Source: a virus (lineage: Duplodnaviria > Caudoviricetes). Taken from it: a stretch of DNA of 60,531 bases. Location: positions 1 to 60,531 of IMG/VR virus record IMGVR_UViG_3300005294_000016. The stretch is one strand, 5' to 3'. The translations under genes were made by a program, and so were the position numbers. Under the pieces are notes generated by a model. The model did no database searches, was not told where the DNA came from, and saw only the letters and a list, made by a program, of their open reading frames with translations. The number at the start of each line of letters is the position of its first letter. The first letter of the stretch is position 1. Shown here one piece after another: positions 8,620 to 17,163 of this stretch.

Positions 8620-9012
8620 ATGAACGAGATCGAATACCTCCCCACCCACGAAGACCTCCGGGAACAGGTACGGATAAGAGCCGCCCGCGAAGCCGGGGCC
8701 GTCCTCGACGCCATGACCCCGTACGTCAACGGAGGCATGGGAGACATCAGCCCCGGACATGTCATGGCATGGGTGGCCGTCCAGAAGTTCCGGGCCTCCC
8801 TGTACCAGGCGACAACAGCACCCGCAGACAAAGGGGACCACATTCCGGTTGCCACAGTGGCCCGGATGGTTGAGGAAGCCCGCACTGTGGCGGCCCTGGA
8901 AGCCCGTGAGGCTGTCCTCGCCGAGCAGCGGGAGTTGCGTGCCCTGGAATCCGTGAGCGCGCGGGAGAAGCTGGTCGCGGAGTTGGCGAGGATCAAAGCC
9001 CAGGCTTCCTAG
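8620..9012 (+). CDS. hypothetical helical protein (possible terminase small subunit, weak)
   Basis: Coiled-coil C-terminus; follows an AT-rich region; function unsupported beyond general appearance. Confidence 0.6.
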   Translation: MNEIEYLPTHEDLREQVRIRAAREAGAVLDAMTPYVNGGMGDISPGHVMAWVAVQKFRASLYQATTAPADKGDHIPVATVARMVEEARTVAALEAREAVLAEQRELRALESVSAREKLVAELARIKAQAS

Positions 9013-9041
9013 GATACTGGGATGCCTGGGCTTCGGGTAGG

Positions 9042-9401
9042 TCAGTTCTCGTAGTAGCAGGCATACCGGTGACACAGGCACGGCCACGACTCCGGGAACC
9101 GTCGTGGGCCTTCCAGCATGCCAGCCTTGCAGGCTTCCTCCATGATGCGGCGAAGCTGGTAGACGCCGTGGGCACTGGAGGCCCGGTGCTTGGTGCGCTT
9201 CCAGAACTGGGTGTCGGGGAGGGTTCGGACGGCTTCGCGGATCATGTCGTCCACTTTCCAGCGGGCCGTGACCTTCCAGGATCCGTCGTCGCCCATGACG
9301 TGCCAGTTGAGTGCGTGGTGGTGGGCTTTCCCGTCGATCAGGGGTGCGAGGGCCTGGGCCACGCGGCAGTCGTGGGCTGTCTGCTTCCAGTCAAGGGTCA
9401 T
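9042..9401 (-). CDS. stand-alone D5_N-like protein
   Basis: WHVMGDDGSWKVTARWKVDD resembles WRVYQDGVWIESKRAEVDD of the primase-helicase; leaderless start TATCAT-N7-ATG. Confidence 0.55.
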   Translation of the reverse strand: MTLDWKQTAHDCRVAQALAPLIDGKAHHHALNWHVMGDDGSWKVTARWKVDDMIREAVRTLPDTQFWKRTKHRASSAHGVYQLRRIMEEACKAGMLEGPRRFPESWPCLCHRYACYYEN

Positions 9402-9454
9402 GGGAATAATGATACCAGGATGCCTGGGCATCTTATGTCACTGAGAGTAGCGAC

Positions 9455-9710
9455 GCCCAAACGCCCACAACTTGCCCAAGACTTGCCCAAGCCCAGGACC
9501 TGCGGAAACGGCTCGGATAGAGGGTCTTGGGCAAGTTGGGCATCTTGGAGGCGCCCAGCACTCTCTTCTTTCTCTCTCTCTCTACTCTTTTATTCTCTCT
9601 TACCTCCTAAGAAGCTTCAGAGGAAAGAGATGCCCAACTTGCCCAAAACCAGGTTTCCGCAGGTCAGAGCCTGTGCATTTGTCTGGGCAACCCTGGGCAT
9701 CCTGGGCAAA
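9455..9710. other. putative replication origin (iteron-like TGCCCAA/TGCCCAG repeats around a pyrimidine tract)
   Basis: 19-bp perfect inverted repeat 9527-9545/9628-9646 flanking a CT-rich tract; tandem ACTTGCCCAAG; 13-bp inverted pair 9497-9509/9653-9665. Confidence 0.6.
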
Positions 9711-9819
9711 GTGAGCCAGGACACATAGTCAAGTGTCGCATCGGGATGGTAGGGTTCTCGTTGGGTGCGGCACGACGATCCGCACCGCATACCGGAAGGG
9801 TGAAGAGGGAGAGAGGGAG
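9690..9819. repeat. Inverted repeat R2, internal copy (revcomp of 60402-60531)
   Basis: 130 bp exact match; contains -10 TAGGGT, a leader hairpin and a purine-rich RBS. Confidence 0.97.
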
Positions 9820-10068
9820 GCTGTAATTGAGATCTTCGTTGACTGGTCCGGAAGCTTTTCGGACGAGGGGAACATGGGGACCTGGAGCACCATGTGTGCT
9901 GAGCATGGCAGGTTCTACGTCTCAGACGGCGGCATGGCTCCCGACCAGGATGACTGCGTGGCCGCTGCGATCGAGCATGCCCTGTACGACCACGGGATCG
10001 AGCTGGTGATCGAACCGAATGACTGGCTGACATCCCATGCCAGTCCCGAGTACATGGAGCGTGTGTAG
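9733..10068 (+). CDS. acidic hypothetical protein (true start probably just after the RBS, ~9826)
   Basis: ORF coupled to the next gene; its N-terminal part lies in repeat R2. Confidence 0.6.
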   Translation: MSHRDGRVLVGCGTTIRTAYRKGEEGEREAVIEIFVDWSGSFSDEGNMGTWSTMCAEHGRFYVSDGGMAPDQDDCVAAAIEHALYDHGIELVIEPNDWLTSHASPEYMERV

Positions 10069-10289
10069 TGGATGCGGTGATTCGGCTGGAGACCGAGTGC
10101 AAGTGGGTCAACCGGGCCGAGAAGGGCAACAACTGGGACGAGTACTGCGAGGGCGGGTACGTCCTGAACGGTGACGGGCTCCGGGTGCGCCTGTGCCCTC
10201 GTTGTCACGGACGAGGATCCGTGCCGACCATAACCGGTTGGGAGCTGTTGGACTTCGTGAAGTTCTGGGCCGACAAGGAGGGGTCGTGA
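10068..10289 (+). CDS. DnaJ-like zinc-finger small protein
   Basis: CxGG...CPRCHGRG...T.TG..LL.F. Confidence 0.65.
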   Translation: MDAVIRLETECKWVNRAEKGNNWDEYCEGGYVLNGDGLRVRLCPRCHGRGSVPTITGWELLDFVKFWADKEGS

Positions 10290-10492
10290 AGCGCTGGGTG
10301 GTGCAGGACAGCTACACGTTTCACGACGGAACTCTGTCCTACATGGATCTTTCGGAACACTGGTTCCGGTGGTCTGCCCGTAGTTACGCCAGGACTCTGT
10401 GCCGTTTCCTGCGCCCCAGGGACGGCAGGTTCGTGATCGTCGTGGCCGACCGTAAGCGCGAGTACAAGAACGAGAGGATCGGGGTGCAATGA
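10286..10492 (+). CDS. hypothetical protein
   Basis: GTGA-coupled, RBS AAGGAGG. Confidence 0.6.
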   Translation: MKRWVVQDSYTFHDGTLSYMDLSEHWFRWSARSYARTLCRFLRPRDGRFVIVVADRKREYKNERIGVQ

Positions 10493-10692
10493 GGTTCGTG
10501 GTGTACCGCAGCATGTATTTCGGCAGTGTCCGGCGTGACTTGACGCATCGGACCTTCTGGTTGCGCGGGAACGCGCACGCGTACGTGTGGAACGAGGTTC
10601 CGGACGCGTCCGTGGTGAACCCGGTGGGCCGTCACGCGTGGGTGATCGAGGACCGCTGGAGCGGTGAAGAGGTGGAGGTGTTTCGCTGGTGA
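10489..10692 (+). CDS. hypothetical protein
   Basis: Coupled ORF. Confidence 0.6.
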   Translation: MRFVVYRSMYFGSVRRDLTHRTFWLRGNAHAYVWNEVPDASVVNPVGRHAWVIEDRWSGEEVEVFRW

Positions 10693-11039
10693 AGTACAAG
10701 ATCAAGGTGACCGAGGTGGACGCGGTCTTCTGGGACGGCACCAACCGTCAGGAGGTCATCGACTTCCTGAAGCCGTACCTGGCGCGTTACGGGGACTGGC
10801 AGGAATCGGGGCCGTACTTCGGGGCCGACGAGTGTCCGAGTTGCGACAGTCCGAACTGTCAGGACTGCAACTACGCCAACAACATGGTCCAGTTCTACTG
10901 GGGCGACGACATCGAAGTGGACGAGAAGTCCTGGATCGTGTTCTCCGTCAGCCCGGAGTCAGACCCCTCCGAGCCGGAGTTCGACGTCACGGTGGACTCG
11001 GACGAACTGTTCCGCATCCACCACGAGGTGCCGCAGTGA
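10689..11039 (+). CDS. hypothetical protein
   Basis: EVDAVFWDGTN...F...H pattern common in phage proteins, with a Cys-rich insert. Confidence 0.7.
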   Translation: MKYKIKVTEVDAVFWDGTNRQEVIDFLKPYLARYGDWQESGPYFGADECPSCDSPNCQDCNYANNMVQFYWGDDIEVDEKSWIVFSVSPESDPSEPEFDVTVDSDELFRIHHEVPQ

Positions 11040-11224
11040 CGTACGCGCCCTCAACGCACCGGATCAGGCAGCAGTACACCGGTCCTCGCCGACACGAGAT
11101 CACCGTCACGACCAGGGAGCCCGGCGTGGATGTGCGGCGCCAGGTCTCCGGTGGTGACCCGGAAGTCATCGCATGGCTTCGGGCACTGGCTGACGAACTG
11201 GAGCGAGGTACCGTAACCGCATGA
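11036..11224 (+). CDS. hypothetical protein
   Basis: Coupled ORF ending WLRALADELE. Confidence 0.55.
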   Translation: MTYAPSTHRIRQQYTGPRRHEITVTTREPGVDVRRQVSGGDPEVIAWLRALADELERGTVTA

Positions 11225-11547
11225 ACGAACTGTTCCGGCCGAAGCCGTGGGAGTTCACCGGACGCCGGACGGAGCGCAATGCACCGTCCGGCACCTTGTG
11301 TTCGGTGTCCCCGTGGTGTACGGCCCCGAAGCCCCGAGGCAACATGGCACACTGCGCCACGTGTCATATGTCCTATTCGGGTGTTTGGGCATTCGACAAG
11401 CATCGCAAAGACGGGTGGTGCCTTGACCCCGTCAAGTGCGGACTGGTCCAAGACGACGAAGGCATCTGGCGCTGCCCGCCGATGTCCCCCGACTACAAGG
11501 CATCACGGGAGGTGCTGGCTGCGACCAGGAGACGTCGAAAGCCCTAG
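11221..11547 (+). CDS. FDxHR zinc-binding phage protein
   Basis: HCATCH...FDKHR...CLDP motif. Confidence 0.7.
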   Translation: MNELFRPKPWEFTGRRTERNAPSGTLCSVSPWCTAPKPRGNMAHCATCHMSYSGVWAFDKHRKDGWCLDPVKCGLVQDDEGIWRCPPMSPDYKASREVLAATRRRRKP

Positions 11548-11589
11548 ACCCATACCCGAGTAACCCCCCGAGGCTTCTGTGGCCTCAGA

Positions 11590-12069
11590 TTGGAGAAGCG
11601 AGTGGAAATTCCTTGGGCCACCGAGCCCTACAGTGAGATCATTCCCGGCCTGTGGATGGGCGGACACTACCGGGCCGACAGAGACGACCAGACCCTCGGC
11701 GTGCCCGTGAAGGTCACCGACGAGTTCGGCCTCGTGGTGTCCCTGTTCCAGACGGACCTGCATGACTGCGGACCGGACCGGGGCATTCCGGAGATCGTGT
11801 TCCGGATCCCGGACGGCCCACTGGACAAGTGTCAGCGCCGGGTTGCCCAAGACTTGGCGAACCTGATCGTCCACGCCCTCTCCGGCAACCTGAAGGTCCT
11901 GGTCCGCTGCCAGGCCGGATACAACCGGTCCGGTCTGGTCGTCGCGTACGCCCTGATGGCTCTGGACTTCAGCCCAATTGGGGCTGTGCTACAGGTCCGG
12001 GAGAAGCGCTCATTCTGGGCGCTGTGCAACAGCGATTTTCTCGACTACCTGGAGGAAGATGATGTCTGA
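11590..12069 (+). CDS. dual-specificity/tyrosine phosphatase-family protein
   Basis: SEIIPGLWMGG, IPDG acid loop, CQAGYNRS (CX5R) P-loop. Confidence 0.88.
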   Translation: MEKRVEIPWATEPYSEIIPGLWMGGHYRADRDDQTLGVPVKVTDEFGLVVSLFQTDLHDCGPDRGIPEIVFRIPDGPLDKCQRRVAQDLANLIVHALSGNLKVLVRCQAGYNRSGLVVAYALMALDFSPIGAVLQVREKRSFWALCNSDFLDYLEEDDV

Positions 12070-12253
12070 AGCCGCCATCCACGAGGTCCTGACCCCGTGC
12101 CGGTCGGTGCTCAAGCTTCCCGAGGAGGAGTACAACTGCGGACACTGGGACGATCACGAGGACGAGTTCCATGAGGCCCTGTTCCCCAACTTCATCATCC
12201 AGTGGAACGACGAAGGCCGCTGGATCCACATGTATCGAGGGATTCTGCGATGA
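12062..12253 (+). CDS. hypothetical protein
   Basis: RBS GGAGG, coupled. Confidence 0.55.
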   Translation: MSEAAIHEVLTPCRSVLKLPEEEYNCGHWDDHEDEFHEALFPNFIIQWNDEGRWIHMYRGILR

Positions 12254-12579
12254 GTGAGGTCGAGTACACGTACTGTCCCGGCGAGGACTGCGTCCGGAAG
12301 GTCGTGGTCTGGTCCCTGCCTGACGGGCAGCTCGGGGTCAACTTCTGCTGCGTGGACTGCTGGAATTACACGTACGCTCTGATGCTCCAGGACTTCGGGG
12401 CGGGCGGGGATGCCACCGAGGACGAGCTGTTCCACGGACACTCGGCCCAGTGCGTCAAGCGTGCCCAGCAGCGCGAGACGGCCCCGGTGACCGAACTCGC
12501 CACGTACGTCATCATGGGTCCGTCGCACCACCAGGCGATCCGGGACGCACACCGTGAACCCCCGGTGTCGGCGGTGTAA
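12250..12579 (+). CDS. Cys-rich hypothetical protein
   Basis: ATGA-coupled; CPxxxC...FCCxxC. Confidence 0.6.
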   Translation: MSEVEYTYCPGEDCVRKVVVWSLPDGQLGVNFCCVDCWNYTYALMLQDFGAGGDATEDELFHGHSAQCVKRAQQRETAPVTELATYVIMGPSHHQAIRDAHREPPVSAV

Positions 12580-12736
12580 GAAGGTCAGCTATGCCAGCCA
12601 CTTGGAAGCCCGCTGGGCGATCCTGACCCAGTGGCGGTACTTCAAGGCCCCGGAGCTGTGGTTCTACGAATGCCCACACACTCCGGGGACCTGGCATCTG
12701 ACCAGCAGGAAAGGCTACAGCACCAACAGGCAGTGA
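12554..12736 (+). CDS. small zinc-binding phage protein
   Basis: C..K..Y...A...YECP...WHLTS motif. Confidence 0.65.
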   Translation: MNPRCRRCKKVSYASHLEARWAILTQWRYFKAPELWFYECPHTPGTWHLTSRKGYSTNRQ

Positions 12737-12739
12737 ACC

Positions 12740-12767
12740 GGCCCCCAGGTTGCCCTGGGGGCCTTTC
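12740..12767. terminator. terminator between convergent genes
   Basis: GGCCCCCAGG/CCTGGGGGCC stem plus TTTC. Confidence 0.7.
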
Positions 12768-15428
12768 TCATCTCCAGCCGACGTGGCTCTGGGGTCGTGT
12801 GCCGCCTTGTGCCTGTGCCTGCCACGTGTGCGGGTTGATGCCGATGCCTCTGCGGACCCGGATCCCTCCGGGGTTCTTGACGGCCTCGTACCCGAGTTCG
12901 GTCATTCGGTTACCGAACTTGATCTTGCCCATGGGGAAGCCGTTGTTCTGCCTCACCCACTCCACATACACCGAATACGCTTGGGCAACCGTCACCTCGG
13001 ACTTCGGGTCCAGGACGATGATGCCCTCATCGGACGCGTTGGCCAGGAACTCCGACACGCCATCCGACTCCTCCCGGTACTCCTTCACCGCCTCACGCAG
13101 CGCTGGAGGCTCACCGAGACCTTCGGTCAGGTAGGCGCGGACCCCTTCCAGGATCCAGTTGAAGATCCCCGCCAGTTCGTTGTCGATCATCCACTGGCCG
13201 AGCTTGCCCTCACGGGCCTCCTTGGCGCTGCCGTCCTCGTTGTAGAACGTGTTCGGGAACTCGATCGGCTTCACGCGGCGCCAAATCGCCCCATCGCCCG
13301 CGTTCAGCTTCGGCCTGAAGTTCGAGGCCATGAAGATCGTGAACTGCGGCTTCCAGGAGATGTTCGACTGGTACAGGGCGTGCGAGCTGATCTCATCACC
13401 ACCAGTAACCCGCTTCACCAGCTCCTCGTTCAACATCGTCCGCTCCGACGTCTCCGACGTCGCCACGAACCGGGTACCCCGAAGCGCGTGCAGATCATTG
13501 GCCCGCCGGGACCCGTCATCCTTCGTGTCCCGGAACGTGTTCGGGGCCGCCGTCGCCGCGAAATCCCCGAAAGCCTCCTGCATCACTTCGAAGAACACCG
13601 ACTTGCCGCAGCCCGTCTGCCCGTGCAGGACGAAGAACGCGGCCTCCGACGTGTCCCCCAGCAACGTCATCCCGATGGCCCGCTGAAGATAACCCCGATA
13701 CCCGGCATCAGGAAGGACCTCCTCCAGGTACCGGCGCCACCGGGGAGCCTGAGCATCCGGGTCGAACTTGACCCCGATCTTCTTCGTCAACATCAGCTCA
13801 GGAGCGTGCGGGTACGCCACCACATCCGGAACCGGGGTCACCGACAGGTCCGACAGGTCCAAGACCCCGTTGTCGACGGCGATCACATTCTTGTCGGCGT
13901 CAAACTGCTCCACCGAACAGGCCACAGCCTTCTGTGTACCGAACCGGCTCTTGACCGCCTTGTGCCCACGGTCCGACCGGCACCCGGCAGCGAAAGTGGC
14001 CAACTTCTCGGCGGACTTCAGTTCCTCCTTCGCCTCCGCGATCAGGTCCTTGTCCTCCGACAACCGGGCGTTCGCCAGGGCGATGCCAGCAGTGTCGACG
14101 AGTTTGCCGGTGTGGTCCTTGAGCTTCTTCGTCATGATCTCCACGGCGTCGTCAACCTCGGCACGCTTCGACTCGATCCACACACCGTCCTGGTAGACCC
14201 GCCACGCCTTCTCCTCGAAGACGTTGCGGAACTGACGGCCGTACAGGTTCACCATGGCGTGCGCGACGCCGGTCTCCGTGTACTCGTCGAGGGCGAACTT
14301 CGGGACGGCCGGGACGTCCATGGCTATCTCGATGTCCGTGAAGTCCGGCATCGTCAACGACTGAGACTTGACCCGTTCCGTCAGTGGGATCTCGTCAACC
14401 CAGTTCGACATCGGCTGCCTCTCCCCACCGAACCCTTGACGTCGCAGAGCACGGGCGGCGTCCGAGAAATTCCCGTTGTGTTCCATGAACGCGTAGAAGG
14501 CGAACTTCGAGATCGGTTCCTCGGTTGGCAGACCGGCCCCCGAAGACCAGACGTACAGGTTGTCCGACCCCTGGTAGTACAGCGAAGCCGACTGCCCGTC
14601 CCGCACCTCTTTACCCGGGCGGGTGTAGTACAGCTCCGAACCCGGGCCACGGGAGTGGAAGGTCCACCCGTACTCCGACAGCAACTGGCCCCAGTCGGTC
14701 TTCCGGTTGAAGTCGGCTCCCGGACCTTCCCCGTTGTCGGTGGGGATACCTGCCGGACGTGGGGGGGCTTCCGGCGTCTCCGGCATCTCATCCAGAGCTT
14801 CGTGGATCGCCGCGACCAGCAGCTCCCGCTGCTCCCACGTGATCGTGGGGACTTCCCCGATCCGTCCCGCCTGGCACGTCCACGCCTCACCGGACTTGTG
14901 GACCTTCCCCGACGACGGCGCGACGACCACGTAGCCTCCCTCACCCCGAGTCTCCGCCAAGGTGACGGACCGCAGCAGCGGGGAGGCTTTCAGCTCTTCA
15001 GCGTCCGGGGGGCGGTTGGCGATCTTCTGGTTGCCGGGCACCGGGTGGTCGGCGATGCGGTACAGAAAGTGCAGGCCACCGGATGGGGTGGACTCGCAGT
15101 AGCCGTCGTGGACCAGCAGCGTCCACAGCCACAGGATCCCGGCCTTCGCTGCGGCCTGGTCGATCTTGTCCAGGTGGTCCCCGGACGATGCGCGACCTTC
15201 CAGCTCCAGCATCTCCAGATTCCCGGACGCCTGCCCGCAGATCAGCCCGACACCCTGGTCCGGGGCCGTCTTGTACCAGCGCTCCACCTGCTCACGGGTG
15301 GGCCGGTCGCTCTGGAACTCCTTCCACCGGGCGAATGGGCGCTTCGTGCCGTCCGCGATGGTGGGGATCACCGTGAAACCCTTGTCGTGCCAGGTCAGGG
15401 CTCCGTCGAGGTGCGGGTTCAAGGTCAT
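12768..15428 (-). CDS. bifunctional primase-polymerase fused to D5/P4-type SF3 helicase
   Basis: Prim-Pol motifs (GLICG, STPSGGLHFLY, RGEGGYVVVAPS); D5_N region; Walker A GQTGCGKS; KRVTGGD; AIWRR. Confidence 0.93.
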   Translation of the reverse strand: MTLNPHLDGALTWHDKGFTVIPTIADGTKRPFARWKEFQSDRPTREQVERWYKTAPDQGVGLICGQASGNLEMLELEGRASSGDHLDKIDQAAAKAGILWLWTLLVHDGYCESTPSGGLHFLYRIADHPVPGNQKIANRPPDAEELKASPLLRSVTLAETRGEGGYVVVAPSSGKVHKSGEAWTCQAGRIGEVPTITWEQRELLVAAIHEALDEMPETPEAPPRPAGIPTDNGEGPGADFNRKTDWGQLLSEYGWTFHSRGPGSELYYTRPGKEVRDGQSASLYYQGSDNLYVWSSGAGLPTEEPISKFAFYAFMEHNGNFSDAARALRRQGFGGERQPMSNWVDEIPLTERVKSQSLTMPDFTDIEIAMDVPAVPKFALDEYTETGVAHAMVNLYGRQFRNVFEEKAWRVYQDGVWIESKRAEVDDAVEIMTKKLKDHTGKLVDTAGIALANARLSEDKDLIAEAKEELKSAEKLATFAAGCRSDRGHKAVKSRFGTQKAVACSVEQFDADKNVIAVDNGVLDLSDLSVTPVPDVVAYPHAPELMLTKKIGVKFDPDAQAPRWRRYLEEVLPDAGYRGYLQRAIGMTLLGDTSEAAFFVLHGQTGCGKSVFFEVMQEAFGDFAATAAPNTFRDTKDDGSRRANDLHALRGTRFVATSETSERTMLNEELVKRVTGGDEISSHALYQSNISWKPQFTIFMASNFRPKLNAGDGAIWRRVKPIEFPNTFYNEDGSAKEAREGKLGQWMIDNELAGIFNWILEGVRAYLTEGLGEPPALREAVKEYREESDGVSEFLANASDEGIIVLDPKSEVTVAQAYSVYVEWVRQNNGFPMGKIKFGNRMTELGYEAVKNPGGIRVRRGIGINPHTWQAQAQGGTRPQSHVGWR

Positions 15429-15481
15429 TTACTCCTCCGCATCTCCAGATGCTATACTGCACCTGGTCATTTAGTTCTCCA

Positions 15482-15516
15482 GAAAACCCCCAGGATCGAG
15501 CCCCTGGGGGTTTTTC
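15482..15516. terminator. intrinsic terminator
   Basis: GAAAACCCCCAGG/CCTGGGGGTTTT stem. Confidence 0.7.
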
Positions 15517-15572
15517 ACGTCTGGGGTAGATCTAGATCCTAGCGCTCCGGTCCGTCAGGTTCCACCGGCAGC

Positions 15573-15761
15573 TCACGTATCGGCTGACGATATATCGGGC
15601 GTCGTACGGTTCCCGCAGGCGTTGAAGCCGTCCCCGAACTCCGACTCGACCACCTTCATCGAGTAGTTGATGAGCCCCCCGGGCTTGATGTATCCGGTGA
15701 TGCCCAGGTTCACCCCCAGCTCCTCGACCTTCCCGTTGGCCAGCATTCCGGAAGGCTCCAT
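15573..15761 (-). CDS. hypothetical protein
   Basis: Short ORF with high GC3. Confidence 0.45.
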   Translation of the reverse strand: MEPSGMLANGKVEELGVNLGITGYIKPGGLINYSMKVVESEFGDGFNACGNRTTPDISSADT

Positions 15762-15815
15762 GTCGAAGGTCCCACGGCCCCGGCCACACGACCGGGGCCA
15801 ACTCACGCCTGCGGG

Positions 15816-16082
15816 TCAGGGCTGTGCGGGCACGTCTCGGCCGCATTCGGAGCAGTGCGGCCACGGGTGGTTGGGCGACAGGTGCTCGTGCTGGCACTGG
15901 GCGGGCCGGATGTCGGCGGTGCACGGCTTGTCTGCGGCGCCGTGGACGAGGCAGCGGTCACCGGGCGTCATCGACACCGCTCGGCCGGAGGTGGTGCAGT
16001 ACCGCTCCGGGTTGGCGATGGCGGGGACCGCCTCGGGGATCGGGCGGCTGTAGATGGTCTGGCAGGTGAGGCAGGTAGTCAC
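15816..16082 (-). CDS. Cys/His-rich hypothetical protein
   Basis: RBS AAGGGAG; several CxxC/CxH motifs. Confidence 0.55.
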   Translation of the reverse strand: MTTCLTCQTIYSRPIPEAVPAIANPERYCTTSGRAVSMTPGDRCLVHGAADKPCTADIRPAQCQHEHLSPNHPWPHCSECGRDVPAQP

Positions 16083-16214
16083 GGTGTCTCCCTTGCTGGT
16101 TGGGGCGGGCGGGTCAAGCGGAGGGCTGCCAGCGGACGGCACGGACCGAGAAGGTTCCGTCCTCGTTGCGCACGATCTCCGTGCACTTGCTGGTGAACCT
16201 CGCGTGCTTCAACA

Positions 16215-16475
16215 TCACGACCACCGACCGTCGAGGTAGTGCCGGACCGCCTCGGTGAACTCGACCCGTGTCGTCGTCGTCCCCTGACAGTGCGTGATCA
16301 TGAACTCGCGCAGCACGTTGTCCAGGGAGCGGGGCTTGTCCAACACCCCCCGCAACACCTTCTTCTCCACCTCCGAAGCGGCCAGGACCACCACCTCCGT
16401 GGTCAACTCCCGTCCCTGCCACTGCGACACCTTGGACTCCTCGAACACGTCAGTTACAGTTGACACCAGTTCCAC
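16215..16475 (-). CDS. hypothetical protein
   Basis: RBS GGAGAGAGG. Confidence 0.6.
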   Translation of the reverse strand: MELVSTVTDVFEESKVSQWQGRELTTEVVVLAASEVEKKVLRGVLDKPRSLDNVLREFMITHCQGTTTTRVEFTEAVRHYLDGRWS

Positions 16476-16487
16476 CCTCTCTCCAGC

Positions 16488-16522
16488 GAAGGCCCCCGGA
16501 CCAGCGAGGTCCAGGGGCCTTC
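16488..16522. terminator. terminator-like hairpin
   Basis: GAAGGCCCC/GGGGCCTTC stem downstream of the SSB-like gene. Confidence 0.55.
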
Positions 16523-16535
16523 GCGTATCTCATGA

Positions 16536-17132
16536 TCAGAACGGAGGCTCGTCCGAGTCGAAGCCATCCGAAGATCGCATCGAATCCAGGGTCGGCGCGG
16601 ACGTCTTCGGCTGCTGCTGGGCCATCTGGGCCGGAGGGTTGCCGAACAGCTCGTCGGTGTCCTCAACCCGGCGCGTCTTACGTGCCGCCATGGCGAACGC
16701 CTGAGCTTCCGTCTCCGTCGTCGGAGCCCAGTACTGCGAGACGTGCTGCTTCATCGGCTTACGCTTCGGGTTCGTGTTCGGCTTCAGCGAATCGACCCGG
16801 GACCGCAGCATCCCGCCGAGCCGGGGCTTCAGACCCTGCTCCCGCAGAGCGTTCTGGATCGACCACAGCAGGTTCCCCTTCGCCCACAGGCGCCGGGTGC
16901 CGTCGTCGTCCTCCACCTCCGGATTGCGCTGCTTAGTGATCAGGTGGAACACCAGCAGCGGCTTCGGCTTGTTGGTGCGCGGGTCCATGACCACGTTGCC
17001 GTCGTCGTCGGTCTCCGCGAGCCGATCCATCTTGTAGATGATGCCCTCGGCGGTGTCGCCGGGCCGCGAAAGCTTCGCAGTGGCCGGACCTCCACCAGCG
17101 CTGAACAGGTCATCGATGTCGTCGTACGACAT
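16536..17132 (-). CDS. single-stranded DNA-binding-like protein
   Basis: OB-like N-terminus (PGDTAEGII...DDDGTRRLWAKG), acidic C-terminal tail ending DEPPF, next to an exonuclease. Confidence 0.7.
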   Translation of the reverse strand: MSYDDIDDLFSAGGGPATAKLSRPGDTAEGIIYKMDRLAETDDDGNVVMDPRTNKPKPLLVFHLITKQRNPEVEDDDGTRRLWAKGNLLWSIQNALREQGLKPRLGGMLRSRVDSLKPNTNPKRKPMKQHVSQYWAPTTETEAQAFAMAARKTRRVEDTDELFGNPPAQMAQQQPKTSAPTLDSMRSSDGFDSDEPPF

Positions 17133-17163
17133 GGGGTCTCCCCTGGTTTAGTTGAATCATGAA

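Noticed and set aside
9416-9443. dif/Xer site (TTATGTCA resembles a XerD arm; also CATAGTCAAGT at 9724)
   Set aside because: No matching XerC arm at the 6-bp spacing; better explained as promoter elements
9455-9710. CRISPR-like array
   Set aside because: Repeats are 7-19 bp, in both orientations and irregularly spaced; no repeat-spacer periodicity. The Cas4-like gene is a typical stand-alone phage exonuclease.
9733-9819. Identical 29-aa N-termini (MSHRDGRVLVGCG...) of ORFs 9733-10068 and 60186-60488 as a shufflon-like constant region
   Set aside because: The stretch contains a -10 box, a leader hairpin and the RBS, so real starts are probably at or after the repeat edge. It is shared 5' UTR, not shared protein. 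The same applies to MANPCF... in R1, apart from MGTV.
12750-15542. 930-aa plus-strand ORF, and similar long antisense ORFs (25482-27284, 31488-33797)
   Set aside because: Antisense shadows of high-GC3 genes with clear motifs on the other strand
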